A stretch of DNA of 64,000 nucleotides. Source: an uncultured Armatimonadia bacterium (GTDB lineage: Bacteria; Armatimonadota; Zipacnadia; CAVVLO01). The notes beneath the pieces were generated by a model that was not told the DNA's origin, ran no database searches, and saw nothing but the letters and a program-made list of their open reading frames with translations. A program made the position numbers and the translations under genes. Below are positions 20,138-30,640 of this stretch, piece by piece; within the stretch, counting starts at the first letter, position 1; each line of letters starts with the position of its first letter. The stretch spans positions 352,001 through 416,000 of the forward strand of contig CAVVLO010000005.1 in NCBI GenBank assembly GCA_963749155.1. Direction: 5' to 3'.

Positions 20138-21097
20138 ATGACTGGCCTGGAACGCATTATGGCAGCGATCGAGCACCGCGAAGGCGATCGCGCGCCGCTC
20201 AACCTTTGGAATTACAATGGGGGCCCAGGCGATATGGGCCCCCAGGCCATCGAACGTTACGGCAGCGTAGAAGGCTGGTACGAGCGTTTTGGGCTCGATA
20301 TGCATACCGCCTTCCTTCCGCTGCCCCCGCTTAAGGGACGCCTCCATGAGGGGCCTCTGAGGGACGATGAACTCGACGTCATCGAGTTCGAGGACCTGCC
20401 GGACACGGCCGGCGACCCCATCAAGGCCGAGATCGCCCATCACCACTCCAAAGGCAGGGCTATCTTCATCCAGATCTGCGGCGTCCACGAGGCAGCCGCA
20501 GGACTTTTCGGCATCGAAAACGCCCTGATGACCCAGGCGATGGAGCGCGAGAAGTTCGGTCGGTTGCTCGGTCAGATCGCCGATGCGGCTATCCAGCAGG
20601 CGCAGCTCGCGGCGAAACTCGGCGGCGATGTCATCCACGTCTCGGACGACTGGGGCGCGACGCGCGGGCTTATGTTCTCCCCGACTGACTGGTGGGAACT
20701 GGTCTATCCCGAAGAGAAGCGCATCGTGGATGAGATCAAGCGCCTGGGCAAGCCTGCCTCGCTGCACAGCGATGGCAATGTCAACGAGGTACTCGAGGGC
20801 ATAATCAAGCTGGGCTTCGATGTGCTTCACCCCTGCCAGACATCGGCGGGGATGGATCCGTACGCAATCAAGGCCGAGTGGGGCGCCAAGCTGACCCTCT
20901 ACGGCACCCTCGATATCGTCCACTTGTTGCCGCACGCCCCGCTTGCCGAGCTGGAGGCCGAGGTTACAAGAAGGATGCAAGAGCTGAAAGTCGGTGGCGG
21001 TTACCTCTTCTGCACCGAGCACTCTCTTCAGACCGACACGACCTGGGAGCGTATCGAGCTGGCTTTCGATACCGCCCTCAAGTGGTCCTGGTATTAG
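20138..21097 (+). CDS. Uroporphyrinogen decarboxylase / methyltransferase-like family protein
   Basis: ERIMAAIEHREGDRAP, SDDWG, LHSDGN and GGGYLF motifs. Confidence 0.85.
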   Translation: MTGLERIMAAIEHREGDRAPLNLWNYNGGPGDMGPQAIERYGSVEGWYERFGLDMHTAFLPLPPLKGRLHEGPLRDDELDVIEFEDLPDTAGDPIKAEIAHHHSKGRAIFIQICGVHEAAAGLFGIENALMTQAMEREKFGRLLGQIADAAIQQAQLAAKLGGDVIHVSDDWGATRGLMFSPTDWWELVYPEEKRIVDEIKRLGKPASLHSDGNVNEVLEGIIKLGFDVLHPCQTSAGMDPYAIKAEWGAKLTLYGTLDIVHLLPHAPLAELEAEVTRRMQELKVGGGYLFCTEHSLQTDTTWERIELAFDTALKWSWY

Positions 21098-21142
21098 TCC
21101 TTCCGCCTTCGGCAGTTCCAGGCGTCAAGGAGGCCCCTGCTT

Positions 21143-22627
21143 ATGTATTATCCCAGCTTTGCCCAGTTTGAAGAGTTAGCTCAGCAATATCCGGTAGTGC
21201 CGGTATATACAGAGCTATTGCTGGATTTCGAGACGCCCCCTTCGGCTTATCTCAAGGTCGCTAACAGCCCCAACACAGGGCTGCTTGAGAGCGTCGAGGG
21301 AGGCGAGCGCCTCGGTCGTTATTCCTTTGTGCTGACCCAGCCCGAACTCGTCATCCGCACCAAAGGGCGCCATGTCGAATATGAGACTGGCAGCCATCTC
21401 GAAGCCTTCGACCTGCCAGCAGATAAAGATCCACTCCACCTGGTGCAGGAGGCGCTGGACGCCCGGCGCGCCCCAAGGCTGCCCCAACTGCCTTCGATGG
21501 CCGGGGGCTGTGTTGGCTATCTCGGCTGGGACCTGGTGCACTTTTTCGAAGAGCTGCCCGAGACCCAACCTGACGAGCTGGCCATCTGGGACACCTATCT
21601 GGTCTTCTACGACACCATTATCGTCTTCGACCACAGCCGCCATGTGCTGCAACTGGTGCATAATGCGCGGATAGGGGGCAACCCTCGCTACGCCTACGAG
21701 CAGGCGCAGGTAGAACTTGAGAAGCTGGCCGAGCAACTGCGCCACCGCCAGGTCGAAGCGCCCGCGCTTACTCCGGTGGAGGGCAGCCCTGAAGTGCCAG
21801 CTTCCAATCTGACCAAGGCAGAGTTCGAAGCATCGGTCTCGGCGGCCAAAGAGTATATCGCGGCAGGCGACATCATCCAGGTGGTCGTTTCGCAGCGGCT
21901 GGAGCGCGACTTCGAGGGCGATCCCTTCTCGGTATATCGGGCGCTGCGCACCCTTAATCCCTCACCTTATATGTACTACCTGCACTGCGGGGATGTGCAA
22001 CTTATCGGCACCTCGCCCGAAGTGCTGCTTACGGTGAACGATGGCACCGCGCGGGTGCGACCAATCGCAGGGACCAGGCCGCGCGGGGCAACGGTCGAAG
22101 ACGACAGGCTGCTGGAGCGCGAATTGCTGGCCGACGAGAAGGAACGCGCCGAGCATGTGATGCTGGTGGACCTCGGCCGCAACGACCTGGGGCGGGTCTG
22201 CGAGTTCGGCTCGGTACAGGTGCCCGAGCTGTTCGTGGTGGAGCGTTATTCCCACGTGATGCACATTGTCTCCGAGGTGCGCGGTCAACTGGCCGAGGGC
22301 AGGACTGAACTAGATGCGCTGAGGGCGTGCTTCCCCGCGGGGACAGTCAGCGGGGCGCCCAAGGTGCGCGCGATGGAACTGATTGACGAACTGGAGCCCT
22401 GCCGGCGCGGCGCATATGGCGGGGCGGTTGGATATTTCAGCTATTCCGGTGGGATGGACACTTGCATCACCATCCGCACCCTGATGGCCAAAGGCGGCAA
22501 GCTCTACGGCCAGGCGGGCGCGGGCATTGTGGCGGATTCGGTGCCCGAGCGAGAATGGCATGAGACGCTTCACAAGGCCAGAGCGCTGCTTACCGCGGTG
22601 GATATGGCCCAGGGAGGGAGCCAGTAA
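21143..22627 (+). CDS. trpE: Anthranilate synthase component I
   Basis: [36 protein letters not shown] and [11 protein letters not shown] motifs. Confidence 0.97.
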   Translation: MYYPSFAQFEELAQQYPVVPVYTELLLDFETPPSAYLKVANSPNTGLLESVEGGERLGRYSFVLTQPELVIRTKGRHVEYETGSHLEAFDLPADKDPLHLVQEALDARRAPRLPQLPSMAGGCVGYLGWDLVHFFEELPETQPDELAIWDTYLVFYDTIIVFDHSRHVLQLVHNARIGGNPRYAYEQAQVELEKLAEQLRHRQVEAPALTPVEGSPEVPASNLTKAEFEASVSAAKEYIAAGDIIQVVVSQRLERDFEGDPFSVYRALRTLNPSPYMYYLHCGDVQLIGTSPEVLLTVNDGTARVRPIAGTRPRGATVEDDRLLERELLADEKERAEHVMLVDLGRNDLGRVCEFGSVQVPELFVVERYSHVMHIVSEVRGQLAEGRTELDALRACFPAGTVSGAPKVRAMELIDELEPCRRGAYGGAVGYFSYSGGMDTCITIRTLMAKGGKLYGQAGAGIVADSVPEREWHETLHKARALLTAVDMAQGGSQ

Positions 22628-24267
22628 TGATTTTGATAATCGACAACTACGACTCCTTCACCTACAACCTGGCGCAGTATTTCGGCGAACTCGGCGCAGA
22701 GCTCGAGGTCGTGCGCAACGACAAGATAACGATTGAAGAGGTAGCCGCCCTCGCTCCTGAGGGAATCGTCATCTCGCCAGGGCCAGGCAGGCCGGAGGAT
22801 GCGGGCCTCTCGGTGCCGCTTATCCGCGAGCTGGCTGGCAAGACGCCAATCCTGGGCGTGTGCCTCGGCCATCAGGCGCTTGGACAGGCCTTTGGCGGCG
22901 ACATTGTGCGCGCCGAGAGGCTGATGCACGGCAAGACCTCGCCCATAAGTCACGATGAACGTAATCTCTTCCGGGGCCTGCCCTCGCCTTTCGAGGCCAT
23001 CCGGTATCACAGCCTGCTGGTGGACAGGGCTTCTCTGCCCGCACAGCTTGAAATAAGTGCCGAAAGCGACACCGGCGAGATAATGGGGCTGCGTCACAAG
23101 GAGTTCAACCTCGAAGGCGTGCAGTTCCATCCGGAGTCAATCCTCACCGCTCAGGGCAAGCAACTGCTGATGAACTGGCTCGAGCTTGTCAAGTTTGGCG
23201 GCAGGCGGCCCCAGGACGCGGGCGCAGCCTCGCGCACTGCCATCCAGCAGGCGCTGACCCGGGTGCTGGCCGGCGAGGATCTGTCGGCCTTCGAAGCAAG
23301 CAAACTGATGGAAGACGTGATGGATGGCCTTGCGACGCCGGCCCAGCTCGCGGGCTTCCTGATAGCGCTTCGGTTGAAGGGCGAAACGCCCGCCGAGATA
23401 GCCTCCTTCGCCAAGGTGATGCGGTCCAGGGCTGTCACAATCCCTGTGCATCGCGAGGTAATCGACACCTGTGGCACTGGCGGAGACCGCATCAAGACCT
23501 TCAATGTCAGCACGGCGGCGGCTTTCGTGGTCGCAGGCACTGGGCATGCAGTCGCCAAGCATGGCAACCGGTCGGTCTCCAGTCGGTCGGGCAGCGCGGA
23601 TGTGCTGGAAGCGCTGGGAGTCCGGATAGACCTGGCGCCTGAAGCGGTCGGACGCTGCGTGGACGAGATTGGCCTGGGCTTCCTTTTCGCGCCCGCGCTG
23701 CATCCGGCAATGAAACACGCCATCGGCCCCAGGCGCGAGCTGGCGCAGCGGACTGTCTTCAACGTGCTGGGACCGCTGACCAACCCGGCAGGGGCGAAGC
23801 GGCAGTTGCTCGGTGTGTTCGATGCCGACCTGACCGAGACCCTGGCAGAGGCGCTTGCGGCGATGGGCACCGAGCGCGCTCTGGTCGTGCATGGCGAAGG
23901 CGGACTGGATGAAGTTTCGACTTTCTCGCGCACCTTTGTTTCCGAGGTCAGAGGCGGCAAGGTGGAGAGTTATGTCCTCTCGCCTGAGGAGCTTGGCCTC
24001 GCGCGCTGCCGGCCTGAGGACGTGGCGGGGGGCAGTCCTGAAGAAAACGCCGCGCTTATCGAGCGGATGTTCAAAGGCGAGGCCGGCCCTGCTGCTGACC
24101 TGGTGCTGGCCAATGCAGCTGCGGCGCTGCTCACGACCGATGATTATGCAGACCTCGTGGAGGCGCTGGCGGCGGCCCGAGAGAGCCTGGCGGGCGGTCA
24201 CGCGCTAGAGGCATTGAACGAGCTCAGGCGGCTTACAGCGGAACTTGCACCGGAGAAGGAAGGCTGA
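22627..24267 (+). CDS. trpGD: Bifunctional anthranilate synthase component II / anthranilate phosphoribosyltransferase
   Basis: [15 protein letters not shown] and QFHPES, then DTCGTGGD and KHGNRSVSS. Confidence 0.95.
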   Translation: MILIIDNYDSFTYNLAQYFGELGAELEVVRNDKITIEEVAALAPEGIVISPGPGRPEDAGLSVPLIRELAGKTPILGVCLGHQALGQAFGGDIVRAERLMHGKTSPISHDERNLFRGLPSPFEAIRYHSLLVDRASLPAQLEISAESDTGEIMGLRHKEFNLEGVQFHPESILTAQGKQLLMNWLELVKFGGRRPQDAGAASRTAIQQALTRVLAGEDLSAFEASKLMEDVMDGLATPAQLAGFLIALRLKGETPAEIASFAKVMRSRAVTIPVHREVIDTCGTGGDRIKTFNVSTAAAFVVAGTGHAVAKHGNRSVSSRSGSADVLEALGVRIDLAPEAVGRCVDEIGLGFLFAPALHPAMKHAIGPRRELAQRTVFNVLGPLTNPAGAKRQLLGVFDADLTETLAEALAAMGTERALVVHGEGGLDEVSTFSRTFVSEVRGGKVESYVLSPEELGLARCRPEDVAGGSPEENAALIERMFKGEAGPAADLVLANAAAALLTTDDYADLVEALAAARESLAGGHALEALNELRRLTAELAPEKEG

Positions 24268-25094
24268 TGAAGCCTCTTGCCGGCGTGTTGGCCGAGCTTG
24301 TTGCCACTGCAAAACAACGGGTCGAGGCGGCTCTGCCCTACCACAAGCAACTGGAAGAGGTGGCGCGCAAACGCCCACCGGCGCCGGATTTCCGAGCAGC
24401 TTTGAAGGCTTCTGATAGTCTGAGCCTGATTTGCGAGGTTAAACGGGCTTCTCCCTCGCAAGGAAACATCCGCCCCAAGGCTGATCCAGTGAAGGTGGCC
24501 AAGTTTTATGCCGAAGCAGGCGCGGCAGCGGTGTCGGTACTCACCGAACCGAGCAGGTTCGGAGGCGGGATGGATGATCTGATCTTCGTCCAGCAGGCTT
24601 TGCCCGCGCTGCCGGTGCTGCGGAAGGACTTCATCGTCCACGAAGTGCAGCTTGCAGAAGCCAGGTCGGCCCAGGCGTCATCGGCTTTACTGATGGCCGC
24701 CGTACTGGAGCAGGACGAGCTTGCCCGGCTGCTTGCCTATGCGCGCGACCTGGGGCTGGAGCCGCTGGTCGAGGTCCGAGGCGAGGCAGAACTGGAAGAG
24801 GCGCTTGCCGCTGGCGCCAGAGTTATCGGCATCAACAACCGCAATCTGACGACCCTCGAAGTCGATCTCGCGGCCACTTTCGAGTTGGCCGGGCAGGTGC
24901 CGGATGAGGCAGTGCTGGTCAGCGAGAGCGGTATCCACGGCCCCGAGCAGGCGCGCGAGCTGCGAGCGGCGGGCGTTGACGCGTTGCTGGTAGGGACTTC
25001 TTTAATGAGAGCGGAAGAGCCAGAAGAGCTTATCCGGGAGTTGTTACAGGCAGGCGCTGGGCCAAGGCCCAGGCGAGCCGGCAGGAGGCACTGA
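24267..25094 (+). CDS. trpC: Indole-3-glycerol phosphate synthase
   Basis: [26 protein letters not shown] and SESGI motifs. Confidence 0.95.
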   Translation: MKPLAGVLAELVATAKQRVEAALPYHKQLEEVARKRPPAPDFRAALKASDSLSLICEVKRASPSQGNIRPKADPVKVAKFYAEAGAAAVSVLTEPSRFGGGMDDLIFVQQALPALPVLRKDFIVHEVQLAEARSAQASSALLMAAVLEQDELARLLAYARDLGLEPLVEVRGEAELEEALAAGARVIGINNRNLTTLEVDLAATFELAGQVPDEAVLVSESGIHGPEQARELRAAGVDALLVGTSLMRAEEPEELIRELLQAGAGPRPRRAGRRH

Positions 25095-25099
25095 TTAGA

Positions 25100-26293
25100 G
25101 TGAAGATGGGCCCTGACGAAAGGGGTTATTATGGCGAGTTCGGGGGCAGTTTTGCGCCCGAGATAGCCTCTACCGCGCTGGAAGAGCTGGAACAGGTCTT
25201 CCACGAGGCGATGGCGGACGCGGAGTTTCAGGCGAAGATGGCCTATTACCTGGCCGATTATGTGGGCAGGCCGACCCCGCTCTACTTCGCCGAGAATCTG
25301 ACCAGGCTGGCAGGTGGAGCGCGGCTGTATCTCAAGCGCGAAGACCTTTGCCATACTGGCTCGCACAAGCTCAACAACACTGTAGGCCAGTGCCTGCTGG
25401 CAAAGCGGATGGGCAAGCCGCGCGTCATCGCCGAGACTGGCGCAGGGATGCATGGCGTGGCTACCGCCACCGTCGCCGCGCTGTTTGGACTTGATTGCAC
25501 GGTTTATATGGGCGAGATCGACACCCAGCGCCAGGCGCTCAACGTCTACAAAATGAAACTGCTTGGCTCCAAGGTCTGCCCTGTGACAAGCGGCAGCAAG
25601 ACGCTGAAGGATGCCACCAACGAGGCCATCCGCGACTGGGTCACCAATCTCGACCATACCCATTTTGTGCTGGGCTCGGTCGTTGGGATGCATCCCTATC
25701 CGATGATCGTCCGCACTTTCCAGTCCATCATCAGTAAAGAAGCCAGGCAGCAGTCGCTTGCGCAGATTGGCAAGCTGCCGACCGCCATCGTGGCCTGCGT
25801 GGGAGGCGGAAGCAACGCGATGGGAGCTTTCTACAACTTCATCGAAGATCCAGGCGTGCGCCTTATTGGGGTAGAAGCCGCCGGGCTGGGGCTGGAGACG
25901 GGCAAGCATGGCGCTTCGCTGGCCAAGGGCCGCCCTGGCGTGTTGCACGGGGCCAAGACTTACCTGCTGCAGGACGAGCATGGCCAGGTGGCGGAGACCC
26001 ATTCCATCTCGGCTGGCCTGGATTATCCAGGCGTTGGGCCTGAGCATTCCTGGCTGAAGGACACCGGCCGCGGCGAGTATGTGTCAGCCACCGATGAGGA
26101 AGCTCTGGAGGCGCTGGAGACTCTCTCTCGCGCCGAGGGCATCATCCCGGCGCTGGAGTCCGCCCACGCGGTTGCCTATGCGATGAAACTGGCCAAGGAG
26201 CTTCCACCCGAGGCTTCGATAATGATCTGCCTGTCGGGGCGCGGCGACAAAGATGCCGAGACCATAATGAAACTCGGCGTGGGGGTGGAGTGA
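25100..26293 (+). CDS. trpB: Tryptophan synthase beta subunit
   Basis: [20 protein letters not shown] and [11 protein letters not shown] motifs. Confidence 0.97.
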   Translation: MKMGPDERGYYGEFGGSFAPEIASTALEELEQVFHEAMADAEFQAKMAYYLADYVGRPTPLYFAENLTRLAGGARLYLKREDLCHTGSHKLNNTVGQCLLAKRMGKPRVIAETGAGMHGVATATVAALFGLDCTVYMGEIDTQRQALNVYKMKLLGSKVCPVTSGSKTLKDATNEAIRDWVTNLDHTHFVLGSVVGMHPYPMIVRTFQSIISKEARQQSLAQIGKLPTAIVACVGGGSNAMGAFYNFIEDPGVRLIGVEAAGLGLETGKHGASLAKGRPGVLHGAKTYLLQDEHGQVAETHSISAGLDYPGVGPEHSWLKDTGRGEYVSATDEEALEALETLSRAEGIIPALESAHAVAYAMKLAKELPPEASIMICLSGRGDKDAETIMKLGVGVE

Positions 26294-27096
26294 CGATGAA
26301 CCGGATCGATGCCACCTTCGCAAAACTGCGCGGTGATGGTCAGAAAGGCCTCATCGCTTTTATCGTGGCTGGAGACGGCGGGCTGGAGGCAACGAAAGCT
26401 CACGTCCACGGGCTGATTGAGGGCGGGGCGGATATCGTCGAGCTGGGAGTGCCTTTCTCCGATCCGATTGCCGATGGGCCAGTTAACCAGGCGGCGGCTT
26501 ACCGCGCGCTGGATGCCGGCGTCACCCTCGAAGGGATTTTCGAAACAGTGCGGGCCTTAAGGCAGGAAGTCGAAACGCCGATACTCCTTATGGGATATAT
26601 GAATCCTTTTTATAGTTATGGACTTGAGGCGGCCTGCAAGGACGCTGTTGAAGCTGGAGTGGACGGTTTTATCATTGCCGATTTGCCGCCGCTCGAGGCT
26701 GAGCTTATAACCGCCTATGCCCAGCCCACAGGGCTTGCGACGGTCTTCCTGGCGGCGCCCAATTCGAGCCAGCGGCGTCTTGAAGCCATTGCGAAGCACT
26801 CGACAGGTTTCGTTTATTGCCTGGCGAGGGCAGGCGTGACGGGCGAGAGCGAGGCTCTCTCGGATGATTCGCGCGAGCTGGTCGCGAAGCTGCGCAGGCT
26901 GACCGACAAGCCGCTTGCGGTGGGATTTGGTATCAAGTCCGCCCAGCAGGTGCGCCAGGCCTGGGAATATGCCGACGCTGCAATTGTAGGAAGCGCGCTG
27001 GTGCGAATTATTGCCGAAGCAGGAAGTCCAGCCGAGGCGGAGAATTCTCTAGTGCAATTTGTAAAAAAGTTGAGAACAGGAACCGAAATAGGGTAA
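26290..27096 (+). CDS. trpA: Tryptophan synthase alpha subunit
   Basis: [23 protein letters not shown] and IVGSA motifs. Confidence 0.97.
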   Translation: MTMNRIDATFAKLRGDGQKGLIAFIVAGDGGLEATKAHVHGLIEGGADIVELGVPFSDPIADGPVNQAAAYRALDAGVTLEGIFETVRALRQEVETPILLMGYMNPFYSYGLEAACKDAVEAGVDGFIIADLPPLEAELITAYAQPTGLATVFLAAPNSSQRRLEAIAKHSTGFVYCLARAGVTGESEALSDDSRELVAKLRRLTDKPLAVGFGIKSAQQVRQAWEYADAAIVGSALVRIIAEAGSPAEAENSLVQFVKKLRTGTEIG

Positions 27097-27144
27097 CCTA
27101 GACAGGATATCGCCCCGAAAGGGAGGGGCTCCCAGGAGCGAGGC

Positions 27145-27846
27145 ATGCTGGCCAAAGAATTGCTACCCAAACTGATGGAGTATTCCATCATATTACCGAC
27201 AGCGGGGCGGAATGATATCTCTCAGGCCTGCTCGCTGGCCAAGAACCGCCATTTCGCGTGTGTCTCGGTCTTTCCCTGCTGGGTGCCTTTTGCCGCGAGG
27301 CAACTCGCCGGCACCGATGTGAAATGTTCTGCGACCATCGGCTACCCCTACGGCGTGGACGCCCTTTCCGTGAAGGTCTATTCGGCCCAGTTGCTGACGA
27401 AAGTTGGCGCGGGCGAGATAGAAGTTTTCGTGAATCTTTCGGCCTTGAAATCGGGCGATTTTGATGTGGTAGTCGCCGAAGCCGAAGAATTAAAAGACAC
27501 GGTTACAGTCACCGGCCTGACTCACAGCGGGGAAGAGGGTATGCTCAAACTCGCCATCCCCGTGGATTATCTCGAGCCTGCCGAACTAGCCAGACTTGTC
27601 ACCACACTGCGCGAGGTGAGTGTGGACTTCCTCACTTTGTTCTTCCAGCAACCGCAGGTAGAGCCTGTCACCGATGCGTTGCGGCTCGTACGCGACTGTG
27701 TGGGCGCCGAGATGGGCATTAAGCTTATGGCGCCAACGATGGAAGCCGATACGGCGCTGCGCCTGGCCGACCTGGGCGCCAACAGGGTGGGCTGTTCCAA
27801 CTTCGCTGACTTTATGGAAAAAGCCGAGGAAGCCGCCTCCAAGTGA
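27145..27846 (+). CDS. Deoxyribose-phosphate aldolase (DeoC)-like protein with degenerate active site
   Basis: FACVSVFPCWV, TIGYPYG, GAGEIEVFVNLSALKSG and GANRVGCS align to DeoC; canonical DFIKTSTG reads DFLTLFFQ. Confidence 0.75.
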   Translation: MLAKELLPKLMEYSIILPTAGRNDISQACSLAKNRHFACVSVFPCWVPFAARQLAGTDVKCSATIGYPYGVDALSVKVYSAQLLTKVGAGEIEVFVNLSALKSGDFDVVVAEAEELKDTVTVTGLTHSGEEGMLKLAIPVDYLEPAELARLVTTLREVSVDFLTLFFQQPQVEPVTDALRLVRDCVGAEMGIKLMAPTMEADTALRLADLGANRVGCSNFADFMEKAEEAASK

Positions 27847-28593
27847 CCACAAGGCAACCTCTCACTGTCGAGGGGCTGGTACTTTCCAATCGCGAGCTGG
27901 GCGAAGCTGATCGGCTCGCAATGATTTTGACCGGCCCTCAAGGCAAGCTGGTCTGCCGCGTCCGAGGCGCGCGCAAGCCCAAGAGCAAACTGCGCGCTTC
28001 TACCGAACCCGCGATGTATATCAGGTGTCAGATCGCCGAAGGGCGTTCGATGCATACCCTTACCCAGGTCGAAGTGCTGGATGCCTTCTCAGGACTGCGC
28101 CGTGACTGGCGAAAATCCTTTCTCGCTTTGCTTGTCCTCGAAGTGGTGGAAGCCCTCTGCCTGAAGGGCCAGCCGAATGAGCTCATCTTCGAGCTTGTAC
28201 TGAGACAGCTCAAGCAGCTTGAAACCACCGAGCAACCAGTCCAGCTTGTCCAGGCGCTCCTGATGGCTTTGCTTTCCGAATGGGGCGCAGAGCCTTCGCT
28301 TCGTTATTGCCCCGTGTGCGGCGAGCCGGTCGCTGGCGAAAGCTATTTCTCGCCAAGAGCTGGAGGCCTTGCCTGTAAGACTTGCGCCCAGGCCAAGGGC
28401 GCCCGGCATTTTCGCAGCCCAGAATTCACCAGCTATTTTCAAGGCCTTCTGGAGCGCCAGGAGTCGGTCGAGGTGTCTAACGAGGTACTTGCTCGAAGCG
28501 CATAAAGCGCTGCACAGATGGCTTCAACATTACCTGGACAAGGAGTTGCCTGGTTTCCTGGTGGTCGCCAGCAGCCAGGTTATAAGCAATTGA
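27843..28593 (+). CDS. recO: DNA repair protein RecO, +1 frameshift at ~28490
   Basis: GEADRL, RGARKPKSKL and CPVC..CKTC zinc motif; C-terminus LEAHKALHRWLQHYLDKEL in another frame. Confidence 0.88.
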
Positions 28594-29150
28594 AGCCTCT
28601 GCCCCGCGACTTCTATCTGCAGCCAACCCTTGAAGTGGCGCGCAACTTGCTGGGCGCTTTTATCGTCAGAGAACTGGACGGGCAGCGTTTGGTTGCGCGA
28701 GTGGTCGAGACAGAAGCTTATCTGGCCGAGGATCCAGCCTGTCACGCCTCGCGCGGCAAGACTCGCCGCAACGCACCGATGTTCGGCTCGCCTGGCACCG
28801 CTTATATGTATCTCATTTACGGGATGTATCACTGTTTCAATGTGGTCTGTGCCGAGGAAGGGGTGCCAGAAGCAGTGCTGATACGCGCTGCAGAGCCGCT
28901 TGAAGGCTTTGGAAAGCAGGTTGATTTGCGTCTGCTTGCCGGGCCAGGCAAGTTGTGCAAGACTCTTGCGCTGGAAGCCGCCTTGTGCGGCCATGACCTG
29001 CGCCTGCCACCTGTGCAACTTGTCGAGGGTGAGTCGGTACCGGCACAAAAGGTGCTTGTAAGGCCCCGTGTGGGCATCAGCCAGGCCACTGACAGGTTGT
29101 GGAGATACTGTATTGCCGGCTCGCCGGCGCTTTCCCGGAGGGAAGAATGA
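28590..29150 (+). CDS. mpg: DNA-3-methyladenine glycosylase (MPG/AAG family)
   Basis: ETEAY, DPACHA, YLIYGMY, AVLIRAAEP, GPGKLC and PRVGIS motifs; TTG start overlaps recO stop. Confidence 0.92.
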   Translation: MKPLPRDFYLQPTLEVARNLLGAFIVRELDGQRLVARVVETEAYLAEDPACHASRGKTRRNAPMFGSPGTAYMYLIYGMYHCFNVVCAEEGVPEAVLIRAAEPLEGFGKQVDLRLLAGPGKLCKTLALEAALCGHDLRLPPVQLVEGESVPAQKVLVRPRVGISQATDRLWRYCIAGSPALSRREE

Positions 29151-30580
29151 AGTCTCGCTTCTTGTTTCTTATACTTGTTGGACTGTTTGGGCTTGCTGGC
29201 TCGGTGTTTGCCCAGGAGGCGCCAGCCTCGGCGCCGCTTACCCTTACCGAGGTGCGTTATTCCGATTCGCCCGAGCAGCTTCGGCTGGTGTTCGATATTT
29301 CTGGCCCCTTCGAATATGCCGAGCGCACCTCGCCCAACCTGCTTTCCTTGCGAATCAAAGCGACTCTGAGTGATCAGGCGCTGGCTGGGCTGGAGGCCGT
29401 CAAATCGTGGATGCTGGTCGATACCGAGGCAACTCGGACTGACGGCGCGACCATAATCGAACTGACTCATGTAGAGTCTACCTTCACGCCCAAGGTGTTC
29501 GTCCTGCACGAGCCTGAACGGCTGGTCGTGGATTTTTGCAAGTTGTTCAACTGGCGCGATGAGGAAGAAGTGCGCCCAGGCCTGAAACTGGTGCGAATTG
29601 GCCGCGGCACCCCTGATGGGCCGGTCCGAGCCTGGGCTTTGGTCGTCTCCCACGAGGCCAAAGACCTTTCACTAGGCGCTCTGATCGCCGATGAGACCAT
29701 CTGGAAGCGCCGCCCTATCGACCAGATTGCACGCGCGGCGGGCGCTTACGCCGCCATAAATGGGGGATATTTCACCTGGCAGGGGCCAGCGGTCGGCCTG
29801 GTCTATACGAAGGGCCGGGTCGTAGCCTGGCATTACGGCAACCGCACTGCCCTCGCCCAGGACAAGACGGGCAAATTTCATATTGGCGCCTATCAGGCGA
29901 AGGGCCAGGTCGTTATCGGCGACAAGACCTTGCAAGCTAAATTGGTGAACTCCTCTCAGGTCTTTACAGGGGGTGTTACAATCCTGACTCCCGAATGGGG
30001 TGACAAGACTCCCAAAGTTGAAGGTGGCGTTGTCTTCACCGTGCGCGAGGACAAGCTGGTCGCGCTGACCAAAGAGCCCGTTGAACTCGACCTGCCGCCC
30101 GATGGCTGGGCGGTCTCTATGCTGGCTGAAGTTGCCAAAACGCTTCCCGAACTGAAGCCAGGGATGAAAGTCGAAATCACAACTGGAATTAGTCCCGCAA
30201 TCAAAGATGTCGTCTGGGCTCTTGGTGGAGGGCCGCGCCTGCTGACAGAGGGCAAATCGGTGGCGGCTGAAGACCGAGAAGGCTTCGGAGAGGCCTTCCA
30301 TATGAACTTGCATCCGCGCACTGCCTTCGGATTGACCGCCAAGGGAGACCAGGTGCTGATTGTTGTGGATGGTCGTCAACCTTGCTGGAGTATCGGCATC
30401 AACCTGCCGAATCTGGCGAAGCTGATGAAAGAAGACCTGGATTGCTTGCAGGCGCTGAACCTCGATGGAGGCGGCTCATCGGCCCTCTACCTGGATGGAA
30501 AATTGCTTAACAGACCTTCGGACGGCACATGCAGGGCAGTCTCGAATGGTCTTTGTCTTTGGGCTCCCCCTGAGGACTGA
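29147..30580 (+). CDS. Secreted phosphodiester glycosidase (NAGPA family) with N-terminal AMIN-like domain
   Basis: Signal peptide, RLVFD..PERLVVD, AINGGYF, HPRTA, VDGR and NLDGGGSS motifs. Confidence 0.85.
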   Translation: MKSRFLFLILVGLFGLAGSVFAQEAPASAPLTLTEVRYSDSPEQLRLVFDISGPFEYAERTSPNLLSLRIKATLSDQALAGLEAVKSWMLVDTEATRTDGATIIELTHVESTFTPKVFVLHEPERLVVDFCKLFNWRDEEEVRPGLKLVRIGRGTPDGPVRAWALVVSHEAKDLSLGALIADETIWKRRPIDQIARAAGAYAAINGGYFTWQGPAVGLVYTKGRVVAWHYGNRTALAQDKTGKFHIGAYQAKGQVVIGDKTLQAKLVNSSQVFTGGVTILTPEWGDKTPKVEGGVVFTVREDKLVALTKEPVELDLPPDGWAVSMLAEVAKTLPELKPGMKVEITTGISPAIKDVVWALGGGPRLLTEGKSVAAEDREGFGEAFHMNLHPRTAFGLTAKGDQVLIVVDGRQPCWSIGINLPNLAKLMKEDLDCLQALNLDGGGSSALYLDGKLLNRPSDGTCRAVSNGLCLWAPPED

Positions 30581-30595
30581 TTTTTGCCTGGCAAT

Positions 30596-30640
30596 AAAAA
30601 GGGCGGAGCCACTAGAGGCTCCGCCCTTGGCTTGTCTTTT
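30596..30640. terminator. Bidirectional intrinsic terminator
   Basis: AAAAAGGGCGGAGCC-ACTAGA-GGCTCCGCCCTT between convergent genes. Confidence 0.8.

Noticed and set aside
22627..24267. TrpG-TrpD fusion as a novelty
   Set aside because: A well-known architecture
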